This document shows, in pieces, positions 1 through 8,005 of a stretch of 64,000 nt of DNA; positions within the stretch are counted from its first letter, which is position 1, and the number at the start of each line of letters is the position of its first letter. The notes below the pieces were generated by a model. That model was not told the origin of the DNA. It did no database searches and was given only the letters and a program-made list of their open reading frames with translations. The DNA is from Vulcanimicrobiota bacterium (GTDB lineage Bacteria > Vulcanimicrobiota > Vulcanimicrobiia > Eremiobacterales > Eremiobacteraceae), in assembly GCA_963812135.1 (NCBI GenBank), contig CAWETU010000001.1, positions 1,664,001 to 1,728,000 of the forward strand, in the 5' to 3' direction. A program made the translations under genes and the position numbers.

Positions 1-1020
1 AGCGAGCGCGTCCAGACCGCCCAGCTGCGAGCCGCCGCCCGTGAGCACGAGTTCAGCGAGCATTACTTCGGGCGGGCAGTTCTCGGCGAGGTTGGCGCGC
101 ACGAGTTTGAAGATCTCCGTCATGCGCGCGATGATGATCTGGCGCAAGAAGTGCTTCGATGCGCCGCGGCTGGTCCGGCCCGAGAGCGACTTGACTTCGA
201 ACGTCTGCTGGTCGAGATCGAGCGTGAGATCGGCCGTGCCGTAGACGTGCTTGATGTTCTCGGCTTCTTGGAAGCTCGTCTTGAGGCCGAGCGCGATGTC
301 GTTGGTGACGATGTTGCCGCCGACGGGCACTGTCCACGTGTGATAGACGCCGCCGCCCCAGTAGACGGCGAGATCCGTCGTGCCGCCGCCGATGTCGAGC
401 AAGGCGACGCCCGCGTTGCGCTCTTCTGACAACAGTACGGCCGCGCCCGATGCGAGCGGTTCGAAGACGACGCCTGCCGGCTCGACGCCGGCGCGGTGCA
501 CGCACTTGAGCACGTTGGTGACGAACGAGGTGCCGGCAGTCACGACGTGCGTGTCGACTTCGAGCCTGCCGCCCGCCATGCCGATTGGATCGGTGATGCC
601 GTTCTGTCCGTCGACCGCGAATTCGCGCGGCAACGTGTGGATGATCTGCCGGTCGGGCGGCACGTTGATGATGGTGCTCGCGTCGACGACGCGTTTCACG
701 TCGAGCCCCGCGACCTCGCGCTCGTCACCGCCGACCGCGATGATGCCGTGCGTGTTCTGCGAGCGCACGTGTTCGCCGGTCACGCCGACATACGCCGAGG
801 CGATGCTCACGCCCGCCATGCGCTCGGCGGTTTCGATGGCGGCTTCGATCGACTTGACGGTCTCTTCGAGGTCGGTGACGACGCCTTTGCGCAATCCAAG
901 CGAGGGCGCGACGCCGAAGCCGATGATATCCATCGCGCCTTCGCGGCTTGCGCTCGCGATGACGACCGCCGTCTTCGTCGTGCCGATGTCGAGACCGGCG
1001 ATGATGTCGTTACGCGCCAA
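1..1020 (-). CDS. ftsA: Cell division protein FtsA (3' end runs off the window)
   Basis: Not in the ORF track (no stop in window). Manual translation from TTG at 1020 gives MARNDIIAGLDIGTTKTAVVIA...GLRKGVV..., the FtsA actin-like N-terminus. GAGGA RBS upstream; follows ftsQ. Confidence 0.95.
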   Translation of the reverse strand, partial: MARNDIIAGLDIGTTKTAVVIASASREGAMDIIGFGVAPSLGLRKGVVTDLEETVKSIEAAIETAERMAGVSIASAYVGVTGEHVRSQNTHGIIAVGGDEREVAGLDVKRVVDASTIINVPPDRQIIHTLPREFAVDGQNGITDPIGMAGGRLEVDTHVVTAGTSFVTNVLKCVHRAGVEPAGVVFEPLASGAAVLLSEERNAGVALLDIGGGTTDLAVYWGGGVYHTWTVPVGGNIVTNDIALGLKTSFQEAENIKHVYGTADLTLDLDQQTFEVKSLSGRTSRGASKHFLRQIIIARMTEIFKLVRANLAENCPPEVMLAELVLTGGGSQLGGLDALA

Positions 1021-1034
1021 GAAATGTCCTCATC

Positions 1035-1099
1035 TTCTCCACAGGACCGCTGCGGTTGTGCACAGGCGCGGGCCGATTGTGCACACGGCATGTGGATAA
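1035..1099. promoter_or_regulatory. Cluster of four DnaA-box-like 9-mers
   Basis: TTCTCCACA 1035-1043, TTGTGCACA 1056-1064, TTGTGCACA 1077-1085, and a perfect inverted box TGTGGATAA (=TTATCCACA) at 1091-1099. Confidence 0.7.
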
Positions 1100-1117
1100 C
1101 CTCGCCATACAACGCAG

Positions 1118-1139
1118 TCGGCGACCCGAAGGTCGCCGC
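1118..1139 (-). other. Stable cUUCGg hairpin in the ftsQ-ftsA spacer
   Basis: Minus strand CGGCGACC-TTCG-GGTCGCCG, 8-bp perfect stem; no U-tract. Confidence 0.55.
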
Positions 1140-1158
1140 ACGCGTCGTCTAAGAACGC

Positions 1159-1183
1159 ATTCCAAGCGGAAAACGAGTTCCCT
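1159..1183 (-). promoter_or_regulatory. SigH-like promoter for ftsA
   Basis: Minus strand AGAGGG-N17-GAAT with A-rich upstream flank; resembles the B. subtilis sigma-H consensus AGGA-N17/18-GAAT. Confidence 0.5.
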
Positions 1184-1202
1184 CTTTTGTTTGCATTATT
1201 TT

Positions 1203-1982
1203 TCATCGCCGATATTGCACCGTCGGCGCCGCGATACTGCGCACGTCGACATATTCGACGGCATCGGGCTGCGCGATCCGTTTGCGGATCGCGTCGTACA
1301 GCGCGACCTTGCGCGCGAGATCGTCGAGATCCCCGAACACGACGCGCAGATTTGCATCTGTGAACGCGCTGATGCCCATCACCGGCTCGGTTTGTATTTC
1401 CGTCACGTGGACGCCGAGCGCGGTGAGCGCCTTCGCGGCGGCCAGCGCGTCTCCGACCGCCGTCGCGGCGAGCAGCGTCCCTGCGGTGCCGGCCCCGGGC
1501 GGCAGCGGGTGGACCGCAAGCACCGGCAACGTCTGATCCGCGTTGTCGTCCGCGTCGCCGAGCGCGCGTGCGTCGGCGTCGATCAGCATGTAAGGTTGCG
1601 CCGCCAGCGCGACGCGCGCCGCTGGTACCCGCTCGGTCACCACGATCGCCACTTGATTCGGCCAACCGCGCTCGATCGTGGCGGATGCGATCCAAGGCAT
1701 TCCTTCGATCCGGCGTCGCGACGCAGCTGTGTTCAGCAGCCAGATGTTGCGGCCGGCGGGCAATGCCGCTGCGGCCAGGATGTCGCCAGTGTTGGCGCGG
1801 TGCGCGCCGCGCACGCCGACGTCAGCCAGCGCGAAGCGCGGATCGGCGGCGGCCACCACGGCTACGTAGCCGATGGCGCCGGCGGCGAGGATGATGAGCA
1901 GCGCGAGTCCCAGGCGGCGCGCAGCGCCCGCGCGACCGGGCGCCGCTCGTCGTCGAGCTGCCGTTGCGTTCGCGTTAGCCAA
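1203..1982 (-). CDS. ftsQ: Cell division protein FtsQ/DivIB
   Basis: Basic N-terminus, single TM helix, POTRA motif (PWIASATIERGWPNQVAIVVTERVP), C-terminal YVDVR; upstream of ftsA. Confidence 0.88.
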   Translation of the reverse strand: MANANATAARRRAAPGRAGAARRLGLALLIILAAGAIGYVAVVAAADPRFALADVGVRGAHRANTGDILAAAALPAGRNIWLLNTAASRRRIEGMPWIASATIERGWPNQVAIVVTERVPAARVALAAQPYMLIDADARALGDADDNADQTLPVLAVHPLPPGAGTAGTLLAATAVGDALAAAKALTALGVHVTEIQTEPVMGISAFTDANLRVVFGDLDDLARKVALYDAIRKRIAQPDAVEYVDVRSIAAPTVQYRR

Positions 1983-2805
1983 CGGCTTGGCCGTTCATGA
2001 GCAACTGGAGCGCCTCGGCGACACCCCCGCGGTCTTGAGCGCCAACCACCCGCTGCGCCGCGGCGCGCGCCGCCGGCGACGCGTTTGCGACCGCGAACGA
2101 GTGCCCCGCCGCTTGGAACATCGGCACGTCATTGTCCGAGTCGCCGATCGCCGCGAGGTCGTCCATTCCAAGACCCATGGATTTCGCAAGCCAGGTGAGC
2201 GCGTGCCCCTTGGTCGCCGCCGGATCGGTTACCTCAAGGAACTCCGGCATGCTCTTGAACACGAGCGCGGAGTCCCCAAGTTCATCTGCCAGTTTGGGGA
2301 TGTGGTCGGCCACATGCGCGGGCGTGTCGATGCCGAGAACCTTCATCGGACCGATGTCCCCGGGCGGCGATCCGTCGAGCAGCGCGCGCAAATCGTCGAC
2401 CATCACCGGCTCGACACGCGACAGCGCGAGATAATGCCGCGCGCGATCGTCGAGCTCGTCAAGGTACAGGCGGTCGCCGAAATACAGCTGCAGGTGAAAG
2501 CCATCGCTTTTAAGATCGTCGTACGCCCGCAACGCGGTCGCCGCTTGCATCGGCACTGCGCTCAGCATCGCAGCGCTGGCAGCGTCGTAGATCGCGGCGC
2601 CGTTGAGCACGATGATCGGGCCGGGCAACCCGAGCTCGCTCGCGAACGGCCGCGCGGCGGAGAACATTCGCCCGGTCGCAAGCACGATCGTGCTGCCTGC
2701 AGCCGCGGCCGCGCCAATGGCCTCGCGATCCCGCTCGCTGATGAGAAGCGAGGGGCCGACAAGCGTGCCGTCGAGATCGATCGCGATCAGGCCGGGCGGC
2801 TTCAC
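1975..2805 (-). CDS. Cof-type HAD-IIB hydrolase
   Basis: DLDGTL, ATGR, KGHAL, GDSDNDVPM motifs. Confidence 0.92.
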   Translation of the reverse strand: MKPPGLIAIDLDGTLVGPSLLISERDREAIGAAAAAGSTIVLATGRMFSAARPFASELGLPGPIIVLNGAAIYDAASAAMLSAVPMQAATALRAYDDLKSDGFHLQLYFGDRLYLDELDDRARHYLALSRVEPVMVDDLRALLDGSPPGDIGPMKVLGIDTPAHVADHIPKLADELGDSALVFKSMPEFLEVTDPAATKGHALTWLAKSMGLGMDDLAAIGDSDNDVPMFQAAGHSFAVANASPAARAAAQRVVGAQDRGGVAEALQLLMNGQAVG

Positions 2806-5800
2806 GCGGCGCCCTCCCAGACATTGTCCGTGCCGAACAGTTTGGCAAGCTCTGCCCGCAGCTCGCCGGTGATCCGCAGCTTGCGCGCCAGCGCGCGGCT
2901 GCCGTTCTGCGTCGGTGCGTGCAGCACGATGCGTCCGTCGCCCAGTCCGGCGGCGAGCACCATGTCGCGCAGTCGGCTAAGGCGCGTCGCGTCATCTTCG
3001 TCGCCGAGCATGCGGATGTGGATGGCGAGCTCTGCATCCGCGCTTCGCTCGGGTACTATATTTGCTTCGGAGCTTCGCTCGGGTACTACGATCCTATCTG
3101 GGGTTATGATGCGGGCCTTCTCCAGCGGCCACGCTTCGTTGGCCTGCACGCTCAGCTCGGGCCGCTCTTCTTCTCCGCTGTCCTCGCCCGAGACGACGAT
3201 GGCGGGTTTGCCGGGCACGCGCCGCTCCTTGACGCGGCCTTTGATGACCACGATCGAGTCTGTGACGAGCAGCGGCGCAAGCTCCGCATACCACTTCGGG
3301 AACGCGATCGTCTCGATCGAACCGCTTTGATCCTCAAGCCGGGCGATGAGCATTTGGTCCCCGGCCTTGGTGATCACTCGCCGCGCCGCCGTGATGACGC
3401 CGCCTACCCACACCATCTCATCTTCACCCGTCTCGCGCAAGGCGGCGATCGTCGATGTCGTGCGTCGCGCCAGGTCGCGCGCCTTGTCAGCGAGCGGATG
3501 GCCCGAGATGTACACGCCGATCGCTTCCTTCTCTTGGGCGAGCCGTTGCGACGGCGTCGCTTCGGCGACCAGCGGAAGCGCCGGCGGGGGCATGTGCGAC
3601 TCGCCGTCGCCGCCGAACAGCGATGTCTGGCCTAGGTCGCGCTCCTGTGCGAGCTGCTGTCCGTAGTCGAGCGCGTTGTCGAGCCCGGCGAGCAGCGCAG
3701 CGCGACCCCCGAATGCGTCGAGCGCGCCGGCCTTGATGAGCGATTCGAGCACGCGCCGGTTCACCTGGCGGCCGTCCACCCGCGAGCAGAGCTCCGCGAG
3801 CGACTCGAACGGTTTTTCTTGGCGTTTGGCGATGAGCTCAGCGATGGCACCCTCGCCGACGTTGCGCACCGCACCGAGGCCGAACCTGATGGCTCCGTCG
3901 CTCACCGTGAAATCGGTCCCCGACACGTTGACGTCGGGCGGCCTGATCGGCAGTTTCATGAGCGAGCACTCAGCGAGGTACTCGGCGACTTTGTCGGCGT
4001 TGTTCTTGAGCGACGATAGCAGCGCGGCCATGAATGCGAGCGGGTAGTTCGCTTTGAGCCATGCCGTGCGATAGGCGAGCAAGCCATAGCAGACAGAATG
4101 CGCCTTGTTGAAGCCGTAGCCGGCGAACGGCTCGATGAACTGCCAGATCTTCGTCGCGAGCTGCTCGTCGATGCCGTTGCGCACGCAGCCGTCGATGAAC
4201 TTGGCGCGCTCGGCCGGGATCTTCTCTTTGATCTTCTTGCCGATGACCTTACGCATCTCGTCCGCCTGCGCGACCGTGTGACCCGCAAGATCGCGGCAGA
4301 TTTGCATCGCCTGCTCTTGATACACTGCGATGCCGTAGGTCTCGGTCAGGATCGGCTCGAGCTTCGGATGCAGGTACGTGATCTTGCGCCGCCCATGCTT
4401 GCCGGCGATGAAATCGTTGATCCAGTCCATCGGGCCGGGCCGATACAGCGCCACCATCGCGATGACGTCTTCGATGCACGTGGGCTTCAACTCGGCGATG
4501 TAACGCCGCATGCCGGCGCTTTCGAGCTGGAAGATGCCGGTGGTATGGCCGGACGAGAGCGCTGCGTACGTCAGCTGGTCGTCAAGCGGGATGTCCTCGA
4601 TTGCAAACGCAGGATCGGCGGTCCGCCGGATCTCTTGCGTCGCGCGCTCGATGACCGTCAGCGTCCGCAGCCCGAGGAAGTCCATCTTGAGCAGGCCGAC
4701 TTTTTCGACCCAGTCCATCGAGTACTGCGTGTTGACGTCATCGTCGCCAAGCTTGACAAGCGGTGCATATTCCGTGATGGGGCCGGGTGCGATCACGACG
4801 CCGGCCGCGTGGGTCGACGCGTGCCGCGCCAGACCTTCGACGCGCATCGCGGTATCGAGCAGCTCGTGCGCGCGCGGGTCGCGGTAGTAGATCGCGTTGA
4901 GCTCCGGCACGCTGTCGATCGCTTGACGGATCGACACCGGGTTAGTCGGCACGTTCGGGATCAGCTTGGCGATGCGATCGACGTCCGCGAGCGGATGGCT
5001 CATCACGCGTCCGACATCGCGCACAGCGGCGCGCGCCGCCATCGTGCCGAAAGTGACGATCTGCGAGACGCGATCCGCGCCGTATTTCTGGCGCACGTAG
5101 TCGATGACTTCATCGCGTCGCTCGAAACAGAAGTCGGTGTCGATGTCCGGCATCGAGATGCGCTCGGGGTTGAGGAAACGCTCGAAGAACAGGTTGTAGC
5201 GCAGCGGGTCGACGTCCGAGATGCGCAGCGCGTAGGCGACGATGCTGCCGGCGGCCGAGCCGCGTCCCGGACCGACGGGTATCCCCTTCTCACGGGCATA
5301 GCGTATGAAATCCCATACTATAAGGAAGTAGGACGAATAGCCCATGCGCGTGATGACTCCCAGCTCGTACTCCAGCCGCTCGAGCTGTTCTGGGGTCGGC
5401 GTGCCGTAGCGCTCGCGCAGACCCGTCATGCACAGGGAGTGCAGGTACGCGGTTTCGCCGCCTTCGTGCTCGGGGACCGGGAACGTCGGCAGCGCGAAGG
5501 ACTTCGATTCGAGGTCCAACTCGACCATCTGGGCGATGTCCAGCGAGGCGTCGCAGGCGTCGGGCGTCTCGGCGAACAGCTCGCGCATCTGGTCGGCGGT
5601 CTTGAAATGGAAGTCATCGCCTTCGAAACGCAATCGATCGTTGTCCGACACCAGCTTGCCGGTGCCGATGCAGAGCAGCACGTCGTGCGCGGCGGCGTCA
5701 TCGCGCGCGAGGTAGTGCGAGTCGTTGGTGGCCACCGCGCGGACGCCGGTCTCCTTGGAGAGCGTGATCAGCTGCGCGCGCACTTTGTCTTCGGCCGCCA

Positions 5801-6329
5801 TGTGATGGTGATGCAGCTCGAGGAAATACCGGTCGCCGAAAATGGCGCGGTAATCGCGCACGAGCGCGCGCGCACCGGCCACGTCATCATGCAGCAGCGC
5901 CTGCTGCACCCCGCCACCAAGGCAGCCGGATAGCACGACAAGCCCCTCGCTGTGGGCCGCGAGCAACTCGAGGTCGACGCGCGGCTTATAATAGTAGCCC
6001 TCGAGGAAGCCGGCCGACACGAGCTTCAAGAGATTCTGGTAGCCGGGGCGGTTTATCGCGAGGACGGTGAGATGATATTCGTCGCGCGCACTGCGATCGA
6101 GGCGTCCGCGCGGCGCGACGTACATCTCGCAGCCGATGATCGGCTTGATGCCTTTGGATCTGGCGGCGAAATAGAACTCGAGCGCGCCGTAGAGCACGCC
6201 GTGATCGGTCAGCGCCAGGGCAGGCATCTCGGTTTCGGCAGCGGCCGAGACGAGGTCGCCCACGCGGCAGGCGCCGTCGAGCAGCGAGTACTCGCTGTGC
6301 ACGTGCAGATGGACGAAGCTTTTGCTCAT
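2802..6329 (-). CDS. dnaE: DNA polymerase III alpha subunit (replicative DnaE type)
   Basis: HLHVHSEYSLLDG, intact PHP metal ligands (TDHG, NDSH), GRGSAAGS, ERISMPDIDTDF, KMDFLGL, YGFNKAH; 1175 aa, no intein. Confidence 0.97.
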   Translation of the reverse strand: MSKSFVHLHVHSEYSLLDGACRVGDLVSAAAETEMPALALTDHGVLYGALEFYFAARSKGIKPIIGCEMYVAPRGRLDRSARDEYHLTVLAINRPGYQNLLKLVSAGFLEGYYYKPRVDLELLAAHSEGLVVLSGCLGGGVQQALLHDDVAGARALVRDYRAIFGDRYFLELHHHHMAAEDKVRAQLITLSKETGVRAVATNDSHYLARDDAAAHDVLLCIGTGKLVSDNDRLRFEGDDFHFKTADQMRELFAETPDACDASLDIAQMVELDLESKSFALPTFPVPEHEGGETAYLHSLCMTGLRERYGTPTPEQLERLEYELGVITRMGYSSYFLIVWDFIRYAREKGIPVGPGRGSAAGSIVAYALRISDVDPLRYNLFFERFLNPERISMPDIDTDFCFERRDEVIDYVRQKYGADRVSQIVTFGTMAARAAVRDVGRVMSHPLADVDRIAKLIPNVPTNPVSIRQAIDSVPELNAIYYRDPRAHELLDTAMRVEGLARHASTHAAGVVIAPGPITEYAPLVKLGDDDVNTQYSMDWVEKVGLLKMDFLGLRTLTVIERATQEIRRTADPAFAIEDIPLDDQLTYAALSSGHTTGIFQLESAGMRRYIAELKPTCIEDVIAMVALYRPGPMDWINDFIAGKHGRRKITYLHPKLEPILTETYGIAVYQEQAMQICRDLAGHTVAQADEMRKVIGKKIKEKIPAERAKFIDGCVRNGIDEQLATKIWQFIEPFAGYGFNKAHSVCYGLLAYRTAWLKANYPLAFMAALLSSLKNNADKVAEYLAECSLMKLPIRPPDVNVSGTDFTVSDGAIRFGLGAVRNVGEGAIAELIAKRQEKPFESLAELCSRVDGRQVNRRVLESLIKAGALDAFGGRAALLAGLDNALDYGQQLAQERDLGQTSLFGGDGESHMPPPALPLVAEATPSQRLAQEKEAIGVYISGHPLADKARDLARRTTSTIAALRETGEDEMVWVGGVITAARRVITKAGDQMLIARLEDQSGSIETIAFPKWYAELAPLLVTDSIVVIKGRVKERRVPGKPAIVVSGEDSGEEERPELSVQANEAWPLEKARIITPDRIVVPERSSEANIVPERSADAELAIHIRMLGDEDDATRLSRLRDMVLAAGLGDGRIVLHAPTQNGSRALARKLRITGELRAELAKLFGTDNVWEGAA
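3042..3088. repeat. In-frame 30-bp-period tandem duplication in the dnaE C-terminal linker
   Basis: GCTTCGCTCGGGTACTA at 3042-3058 and 3072-3088 (IVVPERS / NIVPERS). Confidence 0.8.
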
Positions 6330-6340
6330 GCGACCCTAGG

Positions 6341-6354
6341 CAAACACATGTTCG
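6341..6354 (-). promoter_or_regulatory. LexA (Gram-positive-type SOS) box upstream of dnaE
   Basis: Minus strand CGAAC-ATGT-GTTTG, one mismatch from CGAAC-N4-GTTCG, 11 nt upstream of the dnaE ATG. Confidence 0.7.
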
Positions 6355-6452
6355 CTGGTCTATTTCATCGTCCGGGGAGCGCGACCTTGTGGACGGATTG
6401 TGAGCGGACTGCGAACTGGCGCGGATTCCTGTGGACAGGGGCCCGTCCTTGC

Positions 6453-6566
6453 GCGCGGAGGTCGCACCTCAGTTTCGGGGAAACCGCGCCACGAACCGTG
6501 GGCCCGGTTGGTCGACCCGCAGGTTCGCACGCTTTCTTTCGTTTCTATCTCTAATGGAGGTGCGAC
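6453..6566 (+). ncRNA. Candidate structured cis-regulatory leader of the OFA transporter
   Basis: Three-way junction, then a hairpin plus pyrimidine tract; 10-nt perfect complement (6461-6470) to the SD region (6557-6566). Confidence 0.4.
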
Positions 6567-7892
6567 GTGACGAATCGTTGGGCTATCGCCCTCGCAGGCG
6601 TCGTTGTGATGATGTGCCTGGGCACGGTCTACTCGTGGAGTCTCTTCACCCAGCCGCTCATCGCAAGCTTCGGCTGGAATTCGCAAACCACGGCTATCAC
6701 ATTCGAACTCGCGATCTTCTTCCTCGGTGTGGGCGCCGTCATCGGCGGACGCTGGCAAGACACCGTCGGTCCGCGGCGCGTCATCATGACGGGCGTCGCG
6801 TTATGGGGTATCGGCCTACTGCTCGCCGGCCTCGGTACCTCTCACTTCGGAAGCTGGTGGATCTGGCTCACGTACGGGGTTCTCGGCGGCCTAGGACTGG
6901 GAATGGGCTACATCACGCCCGTCGCCGTGGTGACCAAATGGTTTCCCGATATGCGCGGCGTGGGCAGCGGCATGGTGGTCATGGGCTTCGGGCTCGGCGC
7001 CTTCGTCTATAACCAGATAGTGCCGCGCTTGCCGGCGTTCGCAGCCGCGGCGAAGCAGGCAGGGGCGTACGCAAAAGCGCGCGCTGACGCCATCGCGGCG
7101 CACACGACCTTCGATCCGACCCAATATGCGATGACGCCTGAAAACGTTCAAGCCATTATGACGACCTTTCTCGTGTCCGGCGTCGTCTTTCTGGTCATCG
7201 GCTTGCTGTGCGGCTGGTTCGTCAACAATCCGCCGGCAGGCTACACGGTGCCGGGCGCCGTCGCTGCGGCTGCGTCCGCGGCCCGCTCGTTCTCACCGGG
7301 GGAGATGTTCGGAACGATCCAGTTCTATCTGCTCTGGTTGATGCTGTTCCTCAACGTGACCGCCGGCATCATGGTGATCAGCGTCGCGGTGCCTGCGTTC
7401 AGCGAGCTCACAGGCGTCACGCCCAAAGAGGCGGGCGTCATCTACGGATTCCTCGCGGTGTTCAACGGCCTGGGTCGATTCTTCTGGGGTTCTGTGTCCG
7501 ATCGAATCGGGCGCAATGCCGCGTATTTCCTCATCTTCGGCATCCAAGCAGTCATCTTCTATCTGCTTGGCGGCTTCCACAGCGTGTTCTTGGTGGGCGT
7601 CGCCTTCGCGATCATCCTGCTCTGCTATGGCGGCGGCTTCGGCACAATGCCATCGTTCAACGCGGACTACTTCGGCACGAAGTTCCTCGGCGTGAACTAC
7701 GGCTGGATCCTCACCGCGTGGGGCGTGGCCGGCGTGGTGGGACCGTACATCGCGGCGCGCGTGAAGGACTTCAGCGGTTCGTACGTCGGCGCGTTCACGC
7801 CGATCGCGATCATGCTGACGGTCGCGGCGATTCTCCCCCTGATCACACGCAAACCCAAAACAGCTGCGGCTCCCGCGGCGCAGCCCGCGTAA
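6567..7892 (+). CDS. OFA (oxalate/formate antiporter) family MFS transporter
   Basis: NRW...GTVYSWS, GGRWQD..GPR, KWFPD.RG, FNGLGRFFWGSVSDRIGR, YGGGFG, DYFG motifs; about 12 TM helices; GGAGG RBS. Confidence 0.92.
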   Translation: MTNRWAIALAGVVVMMCLGTVYSWSLFTQPLIASFGWNSQTTAITFELAIFFLGVGAVIGGRWQDTVGPRRVIMTGVALWGIGLLLAGLGTSHFGSWWIWLTYGVLGGLGLGMGYITPVAVVTKWFPDMRGVGSGMVVMGFGLGAFVYNQIVPRLPAFAAAAKQAGAYAKARADAIAAHTTFDPTQYAMTPENVQAIMTTFLVSGVVFLVIGLLCGWFVNNPPAGYTVPGAVAAAASAARSFSPGEMFGTIQFYLLWLMLFLNVTAGIMVISVAVPAFSELTGVTPKEAGVIYGFLAVFNGLGRFFWGSVSDRIGRNAAYFLIFGIQAVIFYLLGGFHSVFLVGVAFAIILLCYGGGFGTMPSFNADYFGTKFLGVNYGWILTAWGVAGVVGPYIAARVKDFSGSYVGAFTPIAIMLTVAAILPLITRKPKTAAAPAAQPA

Positions 7893-7930
7893 CGCGCTGC
7901 GCTTCGGCGCCGGCTTGACCTGGGCAGAAC

Positions 7931-7961
7931 GGGGCGCGACGGAAGTCGCGCCTCGTCTCTT
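7931..7961 (+). terminator. Probable intrinsic terminator after the OFA gene
   Basis: GGGGCGCGAC-GGAA-GTCGCGCCTC followed by GTCTCTT (weak U-tract). Confidence 0.45.
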
Positions 7962-8005
7962 GCGTACCGCAGGAAGGTCCACGCGACCGGGGTAAGCCCC
8001 TCATA

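Noticed and set aside
1021..1206. oriC (DnaA boxes plus an AT-rich patch at 1181-1206)
   Set aside because: Only four boxes, no dnaA/dnaN nearby, and an origin here would put the ribosomal superoperon and rpoBC head-on to the fork. Not fully excluded without genome-wide GC skew.
2802..6329. Error-prone DnaE2/ImuC or intein-containing DnaE
   Set aside because: Motifs and intact PHP site match replicative DnaE; no imuAB; length leaves no room for an intein.
6397..6408. lacO-like ATTGTGAGCGGA
   Set aside because: Only a half-site; the second half is not palindromic and no LacI-family gene is nearby. Likely chance.
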